A stretch of 64,000 nucleotides of DNA from Bacteroidia bacterium. GTDB lineage: Bacteria > Bacteroidota > Bacteroidia > Palsa-965. This document shows, in pieces, positions 12,301 to 21,234 of this stretch. The first letter of the stretch is position 1; every line of letters begins with the position of its first letter. The position numbers were made by a program, and so were the translations under genes. The stretch covers positions 5,454 to 69,453 of the forward strand of contig JBBRYH010000013.1 of the NCBI GenBank assembly GCA_038237845.1. Direction: 5' to 3'. The notes below the pieces were generated by a model. It worked only from the letters and a program-made list of their open reading frames with translations, was not told the DNA's origin and ran no database searches.

Positions 12301-13394
12301 TTCAGGTCACATTCAAAATGATAAACATTACAACTGGAAACAGGGTTGATTAATGTTGAATAATTGTATGCATCCTGAAAATGATGGTACCGTTGGTTTG
12401 TTCCTGTTGTCGTCGGAATAGGATATAGAAAGCCACCATAATTTTGAAGGTTCCAATCACTAGAAGGAGACCCGTAATAACCGTTTTGTGGAATAGTACC
12501 CATGAAACAGCCATACCAAGGATTTTCTGTGACATCCCCGCCCGCGATATTCCACCAGTTAGTCCAATAATTAAAATTATGCCCACCTGAAAAATTCTGT
12601 CCTGCAAATACACTTTCATATTGCCCATCTGCAAATTGGGTGTTCTCAAAATTCGGATTGAGTGTTCTTTGACGCAATTCGGTTCCATCCTCCATGTCAG
12701 GATATACAACGAGTTGGTTTCCTGGGGTGACCGTATAATTTGAAGTAGGTGTAATGTCGATTGTGACAATTCTCAAAGCGCCTCGTTCGTGACCATCCCA
12801 TAAATAAAAACCAAATTGCGCACGACCATGAAAACCTGGAATGGGTGTATATGTAAATGCATCTCCTAATGCTGATACCGCAACGCATAAGTGATTATTT
12901 GCACCTGTGCCATTTCCTCCATCAGAAACTCCACGAATTCCAAATAAGGAATTGGGCATTATACGTATCAGGTTTAACTCATTGTCAGCGACATTTGAAA
13001 TTGCTGCTACTGTTGTTGTCCATGAAGAAGTTGGTGTCTGATTTGGAATATTTGCATTCGTCATTGTATGATCACTTTGCATCAATTCCATAAAATTGTA
13101 AGGTGTATTATAAGACAACATTGGAGTACCAGGGTTTGTTCGGTATGCTGGAGTATTTACCAAAATGGTGCTATTCAAATCTAAAGGATCATATGGGTTT
13201 AAGGTTGCGGCATTCCAAAAAGTTGGATTTATTTGATACCCCAAAGCCATAAGTGTCCTTATTTCCGGAATTGTCCATTCTCTTTTTCGTTGAGACACAC
13301 CGACCGCAGGCCCCATTACATAATTGGGTTGATAACCAGGTGAAACCTGACTCATTCCTGTGAAAGAAAGCGTGTTTGCATTCAAATGTGACAT
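9315..13394 (-). CDS. C-terminal portion of a giant T9SS type A cargo protein (Ig-like repeats, SBBP beta-propeller repeats, Por_Secre_tail)
   Basis: 1359-aa ORF with no signal peptide. Three tandem modules of about 60 aa (GPFCSND.../GPYCSSQ.../GPLCQYD...). Repeated xVTGxFxG / VFVxRYN segments typical of SBBP repeats. C-terminal VFPNPTTGLLTL...NGIYILV CTD. The frame stays open upstream to the TAG at 13461-13463. Confidence 0.8.
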   Translation of the reverse strand: MSHLNANTLSFTGMSQVSPGYQPNYVMGPAVGVSQRKREWTIPEIRTLMALGYQINPTFWNAATLNPYDPLDLNSTILVNTPAYRTNPGTPMLSYNTPYNFMELMQSDHTMTNANIPNQTPTSSWTTTVAAISNVADNELNLIRIMPNSLFGIRGVSDGGNGTGANNHLCVAVSALGDAFTYTPIPGFHGRAQFGFYLWDGHERGALRIVTIDITPTSNYTVTPGNQLVVYPDMEDGTELRQRTLNPNFENTQFADGQYESVFAGQNFSGGHNFNYWTNWWNIAGGDVTENPWYGCFMGTIPQNGYYGSPSSDWNLQNYGGFLYPIPTTTGTNQRYHHFQDAYNYSTLINPVSSCNVYHFECDLNFEKTGFAVGQTFQFQLQFTNNPFPGFHSQLYYTAPVQVTISTVTPDTWQHVVFDFQYCGDPTYYMNLLVEGIVTPTIVVSGTGSVGTPLGNTFSPAVYTVTHCTFIDNISLKQIDPTPPPVTLNATANPTTVCNGSSSILTALPTPYLPCNATYTWNPGNLNGYNVTSGPITATTTFTATVNYACTQTASGTVTVTPSAIPTITPAGPFCSNDAVGHQLVATPTASGSFWTGTGVNSSGVFTPSTAGSGTFVITYNYVPFAGCTTLVTTNIVVTASFTIVFGANGPYCSSQGPQNLFAQPTGGTWSGPGITANQFNPSAVGTGTFTLTYTVTQGGCTLSANTNVVVNPAPVVTITPVGPLCQYDPAQNLTVSQGTGTFSGTGVVGNQFDPAISGVGSFLINWTGNVGSCPASAQITIVVNPGIGPGSWPKYITGLNNRSLFNGIITDGIGNVYATGRISQTSNIPSFGTYTQDAIVIVKYNEQCGGIWIRTISNNGGSGYDITLDNNGDVLVTGSFAGTNINFGNSQILTSPSGSLTEVFVLKLDKTTGNTIYARQSTSPIAGSPSSAIGKAIKYDAVNNAIFVTGDFEGTVKFGNLANIPTSGNRDVFVTRYNSSGTEIWSTKIASSFATKPDVAGGIGTDASGNLYVGCSVSGSVIAPVAATNTTAGTTDLFIVKLIPGTGAYGGSNVIRGNGTNDVFLKDLFVDATGRCYITGAYKGALTLGSTLTIAATPDIYVGFATSALSFTGTWSYAYGSTNASSTLESGNSITVYNNDVYFTGLAYSGSTFAGFTPTTVTSIAGGYEVFVARILNGGIPDFLEFSTTTGCAGKNTGMGISVNASSGSIFTAGSLAVFASCGSIYPSVTFNGPPLTALTAYQGFIARSNTSTFFRLGNPDLSENIITPNSITTEQNELNVFPNPTTGLLTLVFKTKPVSPIKISISDISGRIVYSVVSDKDQNGELSLDFSTYENGIYILVTENDQLRSTKRIIVQH

Positions 13395-13460
13395 GAACGA
13401 CCCCGGATTAAAATTATAATTCGGGTCTACAACTCCTGCATAAACCGGTTGGTTTATGGG

Positions 13461-14471
13461 CTACGGTGAGTTGTTTAGCCAAATCATATTAGATCTCAAA
13501 GGATTTGTAAAACTGCTCATTGCAGAATTGATTACCGGGCCCGAGGGGTCAACAACCTGTACGAAACCTGATGGAGAAACTGGTGTACCATACCAATTAA
13601 AAAACCTGTCGTAACCAGAATAACTATTGGCAGCATTTCCACATTGAGCTGTTAAAGTAAATGGGTCTTCAACCACTGTACTTAGCCATCCCATTGCATG
13701 GGTTACCTCATGTAGCATTACAGTGAAAAGATCAAAGCGGCAGGTTTGAGTTGTATTCAAATAATTGTTCCAATAAGAAATGGGGAAAAAACTACTTGTT
13801 GAAGCATCAAAATATGAATCGAAGTTTACCTCAATATGCCCATCGTATTGACACCATTCAGGATCTATGCCTGTTGTCGCATGCGTGAATACATGCCCGT
13901 CAAAATATCCTTGTGTGAACCCAAATGTTCCGGGGGCATAATATGGACCAGCTCTTGCCAGAAAGTTATCGGCAACTGTGGCAGGATTATAAGTTGCGAT
14001 TGAACGCATAATATAGATGTCGATATAATCTGCTGGTGGGCTAACCTGAACATCTATAACGCTTTCAACATAATCTAGCGATGCTAACAACGTATTAATT
14101 CTGTCAAGTCCATAGATTGGATCAGCAAATCCATCGCCTGTATTCATATTAATATCTTCAAAAAAGACTCTGAATTTTCCATTGCTACTCATGTTGATCT
14201 TGACAGCATTAGGACTCTGCGATAGCATATCACAAGGATTGGTGTATATGCTTGTTGCTTGAGTTTCATCATCTGCTTTGTGGTGAGCAACTAAATTCGA
14301 TAGGTTTACATAATCAGGTGTAATCCCACAAAAATATAGTATTTCCCTTGAGGTAATATCTAAATGATTGGTTGGCACCGCAGTCGGCAATGATTGAGCG
14401 AATGTAAAACCAGAAATTAAAAAAAGCGTTGAAATGCAGATTAATCTGTAAGAAGAAAGTATTGAATTCAT
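13461..14471 (-). CDS. N-terminal portion of the same protein: signal peptide plus zinc-metalloprotease-like domain (HEVTH)
   Basis: Signal peptide MNSILSSYRLICISTLFLISGFTFAQ. HExxH motif (MLHEVTHAMGW). It ends at a TAG in the same reading frame as the downstream 1359-aa ORF. Confidence 0.7.
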   Translation of the reverse strand: MNSILSSYRLICISTLFLISGFTFAQSLPTAVPTNHLDITSREILYFCGITPDYVNLSNLVAHHKADDETQATSIYTNPCDMLSQSPNAVKINMSSNGKFRVFFEDINMNTGDGFADPIYGLDRINTLLASLDYVESVIDVQVSPPADYIDIYIMRSIATYNPATVADNFLARAGPYYAPGTFGFTQGYFDGHVFTHATTGIDPEWCQYDGHIEVNFDSYFDASTSSFFPISYWNNYLNTTQTCRFDLFTVMLHEVTHAMGWLSTVVEDPFTLTAQCGNAANSYSGYDRFFNWYGTPVSPSGFVQVVDPSGPVINSAMSSFTNPLRSNMIWLNNSP

Positions 14472-14706
14472 GAGTAATAGATTTAATGTATTTCAAAAAT
14501 AGACCATTTGGCATAAAAACAAAGCAATAATTAAAAAATGACATGAAAAGTTTAATAATAAATGTGTTTCCTATTTTAATGTTTGTTTATCAGTACATTA
14601 CGAATGTTCTCGTGTTACATGAATAAAATCTGCATTCTTTAATTAAATAGGTGAAGAATTGTTGCCCTAATAAGAATATGATGTCGATATTTGAAAAAAA
14701 AACAAC

Positions 14707-16098
14707 ATGTCCTCGCAAATCGAATACATCAACCAGAATAAAGACCGTTTCCTAAACGAACTTTTTGAACTTTTACGCATTCCATCCGTGAGTGCAGATC
14801 CAAAATATAAAGGTGATGTTCTTAAAACTGCTGAAGCAGTGCGAGCTAAACTTGAAGCTGCAGGTGGTGAAAAAACTGAATTGATTGCAACCGATGGATA
14901 TCCTGTTGTCTACGGAGAAAAAATAATTGATCCTAAACTTCCAACCGTTTTAGTTTATGGTCACTATGATGTGCAACCTGCAGATCCTTTAGAACTTTGG
15001 ACAACACCTCCTTTTGAACCGGTCATTCGCAAAACAGATATTCATCCTGATGGAGCAATTTTTGCGCGTGGATCTTGTGACGACAAGGGACAAATGTTTA
15101 TGCATATCAAAGCATTGGAAGTAATGTTGCAAACCAATACTCTTCCTTGTAATATGAAAATAATTATTGAAGGAGAAGAAGAAGTTGGTTCCGCAAATCT
15201 CGGAGGTTTCCTTCAGAAATATAAAGACAAATTAAAAGCAGATGTGATTCTGATTTCTGATACTTCCATTATTGCAAATGATACACCATCTATTGATGTT
15301 GGTCTTCGTGGATTGGCCTATATGGAAGTGGAAGTTGTTGGACCAAATCGCGATTTACATTCCGGTGTTTATGGTGGTGCGGTTGGAAATCCAATCAATG
15401 TGCTTTGTAAAATGATTGCATCTATGCATGATGAGAACTTTCATATTACCATTCCTGGTTTTTATGATAATGTTTTGAATTTGACAGATGCTGAAAAAGC
15501 AGATTTGAATCGTGCTCCTTTTGATCTTGAATATTATAAAAAAGATTTAGCTGTGGATGATGTTCAAGGTGAAATTGGTTTCACAACACTTGAGCGTACT
15601 GGTACACGTCCGACTTTAGATGTAAATGGAATATGGGGTGGTTACACTGGAGAAGGTGCAAAAACTGTATTGCCATCCAAAGCGAATGCGAAAATTTCAA
15701 TGCGCCTTGTTCCTAATATGACTTCAAGTGAAATTCAGAAAAAGTTCGAAGATCATTTCAGAAAAATTGCTCCTAAATCTGTAAAAATAAAAGTTGCAGT
15801 GCATCACGGCGGTGAACCTGTTGTGGTTTCTACAACTTCACAAGCTTATCTTTCTGCGGCCCAAGCAATGGAAGAGACTTACGGTAAAAAACCAATTCCA
15901 ACTCGTGGTGGAGGAAGTATTCCAATTGTTGCATTATTCAAATCTGTTTTAGGATTGGATTCTGTTTTATTCGGATTTGGTTTGGATTCAGATGCTTTGC
16001 ATTCACCAAACGAACATTATGGAGTTTTTAATTATTACAAAGGCATTGAAACTATTCCATTGTTTTATAGGAATTATGTTGCGATGACGAAAAAATAA
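14707..16098 (+). CDS. M20 family dipeptidase (ArgE/DapE/CNDP-like)
   Basis: 463 aa. YGHYDVQPADPLELWTTPPFEP, GSCDDKGQ and IIIEGEEEVGS are typical M20A metal-binding and catalytic segments. Confidence 0.85.
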   Translation: MSSQIEYINQNKDRFLNELFELLRIPSVSADPKYKGDVLKTAEAVRAKLEAAGGEKTELIATDGYPVVYGEKIIDPKLPTVLVYGHYDVQPADPLELWTTPPFEPVIRKTDIHPDGAIFARGSCDDKGQMFMHIKALEVMLQTNTLPCNMKIIIEGEEEVGSANLGGFLQKYKDKLKADVILISDTSIIANDTPSIDVGLRGLAYMEVEVVGPNRDLHSGVYGGAVGNPINVLCKMIASMHDENFHITIPGFYDNVLNLTDAEKADLNRAPFDLEYYKKDLAVDDVQGEIGFTTLERTGTRPTLDVNGIWGGYTGEGAKTVLPSKANAKISMRLVPNMTSSEIQKKFEDHFRKIAPKSVKIKVAVHHGGEPVVVSTTSQAYLSAAQAMEETYGKKPIPTRGGGSIPIVALFKSVLGLDSVLFGFGLDSDALHSPNEHYGVFNYYKGIETIPLFYRNYVAMTKK

Positions 16099-16125
16099 TT
16101 AATAATTTGAAAAGTGTATAGAATC

Positions 16126-16175
16126 ATGGCAGGGCTTTTGTAGTTTAATTACTAATTAAGGTTCTGCCATTTTTT
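16126..16175 (+). terminator. possible rho-independent terminator after the M20 gene
   Basis: 7-bp stem atggcag/ctgccat followed by TTTTT. The loop is long (about 31 nt), so support is weak. Confidence 0.35.
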
Positions 16176-16198
16176 AGAACAATTTTAATTTCTATTGC

Positions 16199-16657
16199 AT
16201 GAAAAAGTTCCTTCCCTTTCTTCTCATTCTTCTCATCTCAGGATGTAAACTTGAACCCATTGTGCCTTCGGGTGTACAGGATGTAAAGTTCGGTAAGATG
16301 GATATGATGAGTGGAATAGTTGAAGGAACTTTAGGATTGAAAATTAATAATCCAAATAAGTTTGCAGTAACAGTTTATGGTATTGAATTAGATATTACGG
16401 TTGCAGGTGTTTCTTTAGGTCATGTAAAACTGAATGACAAATTCAAAATTGAAAAAAATACGGAGACTGTCTATCCGATTAAGGTAAGTGCAACCATGAC
16501 CGACCTCTTGGGCGGAATTCCAAAAATCCTTGCTGCTATTCAAAAACGGCAATCAAATGTTACGATGACTGGTCATATCAGAGTGGGAAGTGGAATTTTT
16601 AAACATACTTTCCCAATTAATATCAATCAGGATAAAGTAGCCACTTCGAAAAATTAA
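16199..16657 (+). CDS. LEA type 2 (WHy/LEA_2) family lipoprotein
   Basis: Lipoprotein-type signal (LLISGC). LKINNPNKFAVTVYGIELDITVAGVSLG matches the NPN-x-F hallmark of bacterial LEA_2 proteins. About 150 aa. Confidence 0.6.
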   Translation: MKKFLPFLLILLISGCKLEPIVPSGVQDVKFGKMDMMSGIVEGTLGLKINNPNKFAVTVYGIELDITVAGVSLGHVKLNDKFKIEKNTETVYPIKVSATMTDLLGGIPKILAAIQKRQSNVTMTGHIRVGSGIFKHTFPININQDKVATSKN

Positions 16658-16676
16658 TTGTTGGGCTTAAGGGAGC

Positions 16677-17270
16677 TTGCGGCTAAAAGAAAGCCTAAAT
16701 TTGTTCGTGCAACTGAATCATTCCGCTTTAGTCGATTTACTCAAACAAGCTTACTCCGCTGAAAAAGCAGCAGCATTCGCTTATATCGGTCACGCAGGAG
16801 CAGTGAAAAACTTGGAAGAGAAAAAGGCAATTCATCAGATTGAAATGGATGAATGGGGACATCGTGAAGAAGTGTTGAAGATCATGAAGCAGTACAATGT
16901 TCCGATTTCAAAATATTACGAATTCAAATTTCACATTTTAGGAAAAGTTATTTCCGGCAGTTGTTATGTCATTGGATGGTTCATGCCATTTTATTTTGCT
17001 GGAAGATTAGAAAGTGGAAATGTTTGTGAATATTTTCGAATGATGCATTTCTTTCATGAGCTTGGAATAAAAGAACATGATGACGTTTTATACGCAATGG
17101 GAATTAAAGAAAAAGAACATGAAGTTTATTTTCTGGAACAAATTAAAAATAAAAAGTTAACGCCATTTTTTGAAAAGCTTTTTTCTTGGGGCAATAAGAA
17201 AAGTATGAATGATGTAGATCTGGATAAAAAATATCCAGTGGAGAAATCAGATCTGTATTGCAAGAAGTAA
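16677..17270 (+). CDS. ferritin-like (di-iron carboxylate) domain protein
   Basis: TTG start. Two ExxH motifs (EMDEWGHREE and EKEHEVYF) in a helical context. Confidence 0.55.
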   Translation: MRLKESLNLFVQLNHSALVDLLKQAYSAEKAAAFAYIGHAGAVKNLEEKKAIHQIEMDEWGHREEVLKIMKQYNVPISKYYEFKFHILGKVISGSCYVIGWFMPFYFAGRLESGNVCEYFRMMHFFHELGIKEHDDVLYAMGIKEKEHEVYFLEQIKNKKLTPFFEKLFSWGNKKSMNDVDLDKKYPVEKSDLYCKK

Positions 17271-18134
17271 TTAATTTCTATTTATTCCGTAATCTGGGAG
17301 CGTGCTTGTTAAATCTTGTTTCAATAAATTTTTGAGCACACTAAATAATTCAGGAAGTTTTTCCTTGAACTCAAGCGGCGCCTCAAAAAAGTGTTCTACA
17401 CTCACCGCAAAAAATTCATGCCGATTTGTAAATGCATAATCACGCAAAAAATTATCTGCAAACTTTCCTTTTCTAAGCATTTTGTCTGATTCCTGGAGAT
17501 AAGGATAAATATCTTGCTCTGTCATTTCTTCCTCTCCCGTATTCGCCTCTTTTAGAAATTCCATAAACAGCGCATGTCCTAATTCATGCAATCCAACATT
17601 CAATTTATCCGATGGATTTGCGAAACCTTGGTCAAAATCTTTAATGGAAATTCTTATAATTCCATTCGGAGTGGTTGCCCCTTTCATTAATGGGCCGCCT
17701 TCCTGCAAACGAAAAATTCCAGGAAAGAGAATGATGGTTTCAAAGTAGGAAAATGTAAAATCTTCTAGCCCAAATGTAAGTTGGGTAGCAGCAGCTGCAA
17801 CATGAATTTTTGCATTCAAACTCGGTTCAAATTCACCCGTACCTTCAATGTCATGTGATTCAAGAAAATTTATAACCCGTTGAGCAAACTCAGCTTTACG
17901 AGCGGCTGTCAATTTTCGAAAATAAATGAAATCATTTAAGTGAAAAATTACTGCTGAAGTTGATTCTGTCGTTGGACTACCTTCCTTGTTGCCATTTGAA
18001 AACACAAGTCCCAATCCTTTGAGAAATAAAAACAATAGATAAAAGGCAGGAAGCAAAAGAATAAACAAAACCACAGTTGAAACAGTAGGATTTTTGTCAA
18101 TACCCCAAAGTAATACTATCCAAAAAGCCTTCAT
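17271..18134 (-). CDS. M90 (MtfA-like) zinc-dependent peptidase with N-terminal membrane anchor
   Basis: HELGHAL zinc motif. The C-terminal NRHEFFAVSVEHFFEAP...LPELF is typical of the MtfA/M90 family. Hydrophobic N-terminus. Confidence 0.7.
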   Translation of the reverse strand: MKAFWIVLLWGIDKNPTVSTVVLFILLLPAFYLLFLFLKGLGLVFSNGNKEGSPTTESTSAVIFHLNDFIYFRKLTAARKAEFAQRVINFLESHDIEGTGEFEPSLNAKIHVAAAATQLTFGLEDFTFSYFETIILFPGIFRLQEGGPLMKGATTPNGIIRISIKDFDQGFANPSDKLNVGLHELGHALFMEFLKEANTGEEEMTEQDIYPYLQESDKMLRKGKFADNFLRDYAFTNRHEFFAVSVEHFFEAPLEFKEKLPELFSVLKNLLKQDLTSTLPDYGINRN

Positions 18135-18195
18135 TTGACTTTAGTAATGTTTAAATTTGTCTTACAAGAATACACATTCAATACCCGATTACGAA

Positions 18196-20229
18196 ATGTC
18201 AGTAGAAGAAAAGAAATATACAAATGAACTGATAAAGGAATCAAGTCCTTATTTACTTCAGCATGCGCATAATCCTGTAAATTGGTTTGCATGGAATGAT
18301 AGAACATTGCAGATGGCAAAGGACGAAAATAAATTAATGCTCGTCAGTATCGGTTACTCTGCATGTCATTGGTGTCATGTCATGGAACATGAATCATTCG
18401 AAGATGAAAAAGTGGCGAAGATGATGAATGAATTATTTGTTTGTGTAAAAGTTGATCGTGAAGAACGCCCAGATATTGATCAGGTGTATATGGCAGCAGT
18501 GCAATTGATGACAGGAAGAGGTGGTTGGCCTTTGAACTGTTTCACCTTGCCTGAGGGAAAACCGCTATATGGTGGAACTTATTTTCCTAAAGAGAAATGG
18601 AAAGAGATATTATTAAACCTGGCTGATCTCTGGAAAAATGATCCTGAAAAATGTTTTCAATATGCAGGTGAATTAACAGAAGGAGTAAAACATTCGGAAT
18701 CCATTGTAATGGAAGATGCTGGAGAATCCTTTTCAAAAGAAACACTAGGACTTTCTGTTGAGCAATGGAAATTACGTTTTGACAATGGCGAAGGCGGACC
18801 AAACCGAGCACCTAAATTTCCACTACCGAATAATTATCAATTTCTTTTACGATTTGCGCATTTGAATCAAGATGATTTATTGATGAAGCACGTTGAACTT
18901 ACGCTAGATAAAATGGCGATGGGAGGAATTTACGATCAGATAGGAGGAGGGTTTGCAAGATATTCTACCGACATGCTTTGGAAAGTTCCTCATTTTGAAA
19001 AAATGCTTTATGATAATGCGCAACTTGTTTCTTTATATGCTGAAGCTTATCAAAAACATAAAAAACAATTGTATAAAGATGTTGTTTATCAAACATTACA
19101 ATTTGTTGCACGTGAATTGACAGCAAGCAACGGCGCATTTTATTCAGCCTTAGATGCAGATTCGGAAGGAGAAGAAGGAAAATTTTATGTTTGGACCGAA
19201 AAAGAATTGAAAGAAAATCTCGGAGAGGATTTTAAAATTGTAGCAGATTATTATTCGATCAACAGCATTGGACATTGGGAGCATGGAAATTATATTCTGC
19301 TGAGAAGAGAATCGGAAGAAATTATAGCCGGAAAAAATAAAATCAGTGTGGAAGAATTGCGCGCATTAATTTCTAAAGTGAATGCACAATTACTTTCCGT
19401 TCGAGCGAAAAAAATTCGACCGGGCCTGGATGATAAAACACTCACATCTTGGAACGGAATGATGTTGAAAGGATTCGTGGACGCATATGCGACATTTGGT
19501 GAAAATGAATTTCTTTTGGCTGCGCTGAAAAATGCACGTTTCATCAAAGAGATTCAATTAAGAGCAGATGGAGGACTATGGCATTCCTATAAAAATGGGA
19601 AAAGTACGATTAACGGTTTTCTTGAAGACTATGCTTTTGTAATTGACGCATTTATTTCACTGTACCAAATTACCTTTGATGAGACTTGGCTAGATCACGC
19701 AAAAAAGCTTAGTGAATATGTATTCCTGCATTTTGATGACAAATCTTCCGGAATGTTTTTCTTTACTTCAAATGAAGATGCTGCCCTGATTGCACGTAAA
19801 ATGGAGTTGTCGGATAATGTAAATCCCGCCTCTAATTCAGTGATGGCAAAGAATCTTTTTTACTTAGGCCATTTCTTCGGAAACCCTGACTGGATCGAGC
19901 GTTCAGCGCAAATGCTTCGTCAGGTAAAACAGGAATTAATTGGATATGGGGGAGGATATTCTAACTGGATGATGCTTCAAAATCATTTCGTATTCCCATT
20001 CAGAGAATTGGTCATTGTTGGTAAGACTGTTGATAAAACAATGACCGACATGCGACAGGATTACCTTCCAAATCAAATCTTTGCAGGAAGTGCCGGTTCG
20101 TCTGAATTGCCGTTGCTGCAGAATCGATATGTTGAAGGTAAAACGCTGATTTATGTTTGCGAAAATAATACCTGCCTACAGCCAGAAGAAGATGCAGCAG
20201 TTGTAATTGAAAATCTCCGGGTACACTAA
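18196..20229 (+). CDS. thioredoxin-domain protein, DUF255 / YyaL family (N-acylglucosamine-epimerase-like fold)
   Basis: [17 protein letters not shown]...[20 protein letters not shown] is the DUF255 signature. The track start at 18157 is a TTG. The ATG at 18196 (MSVEEKK) is the more likely start. Confidence 0.85.
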   Translation: MSVEEKKYTNELIKESSPYLLQHAHNPVNWFAWNDRTLQMAKDENKLMLVSIGYSACHWCHVMEHESFEDEKVAKMMNELFVCVKVDREERPDIDQVYMAAVQLMTGRGGWPLNCFTLPEGKPLYGGTYFPKEKWKEILLNLADLWKNDPEKCFQYAGELTEGVKHSESIVMEDAGESFSKETLGLSVEQWKLRFDNGEGGPNRAPKFPLPNNYQFLLRFAHLNQDDLLMKHVELTLDKMAMGGIYDQIGGGFARYSTDMLWKVPHFEKMLYDNAQLVSLYAEAYQKHKKQLYKDVVYQTLQFVARELTASNGAFYSALDADSEGEEGKFYVWTEKELKENLGEDFKIVADYYSINSIGHWEHGNYILLRRESEEIIAGKNKISVEELRALISKVNAQLLSVRAKKIRPGLDDKTLTSWNGMMLKGFVDAYATFGENEFLLAALKNARFIKEIQLRADGGLWHSYKNGKSTINGFLEDYAFVIDAFISLYQITFDETWLDHAKKLSEYVFLHFDDKSSGMFFFTSNEDAALIARKMELSDNVNPASNSVMAKNLFYLGHFFGNPDWIERSAQMLRQVKQELIGYGGGYSNWMMLQNHFVFPFRELVIVGKTVDKTMTDMRQDYLPNQIFAGSAGSSELPLLQNRYVEGKTLIYVCENNTCLQPEEDAAVVIENLRVH

Positions 20230-20234
20230 CCCAG

Positions 20235-21221
20235 ATGCTGAGAAAAATATTTTTTATTTCTTTTACCTGCCTCCTGCCGCTTTTCTCAGCTGCGCAATTA
20301 TTTTTGCCTATTGATGATGATCCGTTTGCAGTGCCTGTGAAATTTAATGCAGACAGTATTCTCCATCATCGTATTCGTTCCATAAAAACAAATATTCAAT
20401 ATAAACCTGACGAACATATTATTGACGATAAAGGACTGAAAGAATATTATCAGTTTGATTCTATCGGTCGCATTCAATTGTATTGGCGAAACAAAGTGAG
20501 AACCTATACTTCTGATGTTGTATTGCATCCTGCCACTTACAGGAAAGGAAAAAAAATACGAGGAGAATATTCTGAATTCCGTAATTATTATGTTTACGAT
20601 ACTGTTTTTGTAAATTATTATTACGACTATAAAAATCAATTAGCTTGTCGACGTGAAGCGGATGGCGATTTTTATCATACTTGGTATTATATCTACAATA
20701 CGGATGGATCAATAGCAAGGCAAACGCATTGCAGAGAAACAAATGTCGGACAAGGACATTGGAATTTTCGTTTAGGTGTACAAACGATTATTTCACAGGA
20801 AGATTTTTCTTATCAGAAATTTTCTCCTACCCAAATAAAAAAACTTTGTTTGAATGATGAAGGCAAGCCTTACAAAGAAACAATGATGTTGTTTGATAAA
20901 TCAGGCCGCATTGTTGATTCAAGAGAATCGTATACCGCTGGAGGAATTCGAATCGTTACCACATGGAAATATGATTCCTTAGGTCGAACTGCTTCTACCT
21001 CTTATACTTCAAATGCAGGCGATGCCATTGCAGATATTACGCAATTCAATTATGATGCGCTTGGAAGAATTGAATCCATGAAAAGATTTCACAATGCAGT
21101 GTTGACGGATGAGTTCAGTTATCTGTACGAAGGAAATGCTGCCATCGCACATGCGTATATCAATCGCCGGCACCTGGAATTGGGAATTGATATTGTGAAG
21201 ATGGATATTGTGTATTGGTAG
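20235..21221 (+). CDS. hypothetical secreted protein with YD/RHS-like short repeats
   Basis: Signal peptide (FISFTCLLPLFSAAQ). Recurring YDxxGR-type segments (FDSIGR, YDSLGR, YDALGR). Starts 5 nt after the upstream gene. Confidence 0.5.
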   Translation: MLRKIFFISFTCLLPLFSAAQLFLPIDDDPFAVPVKFNADSILHHRIRSIKTNIQYKPDEHIIDDKGLKEYYQFDSIGRIQLYWRNKVRTYTSDVVLHPATYRKGKKIRGEYSEFRNYYVYDTVFVNYYYDYKNQLACRREADGDFYHTWYYIYNTDGSIARQTHCRETNVGQGHWNFRLGVQTIISQEDFSYQKFSPTQIKKLCLNDEGKPYKETMMLFDKSGRIVDSRESYTAGGIRIVTTWKYDSLGRTASTSYTSNAGDAIADITQFNYDALGRIESMKRFHNAVLTDEFSYLYEGNAAIAHAYINRRHLELGIDIVKMDIVYW

Positions 21222-21234
21222 AAATCAATTACTT

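Noticed and set aside
12350-12769. 139-aa minus-strand ORF in an alternative frame, plus many other 60-110-aa ORFs nested in the giant T9SS genes (5.3-13.1 kb)
   Set aside because: All lie within, or antisense to, long ORFs with clear domain content. None has a motif or an independent start context.
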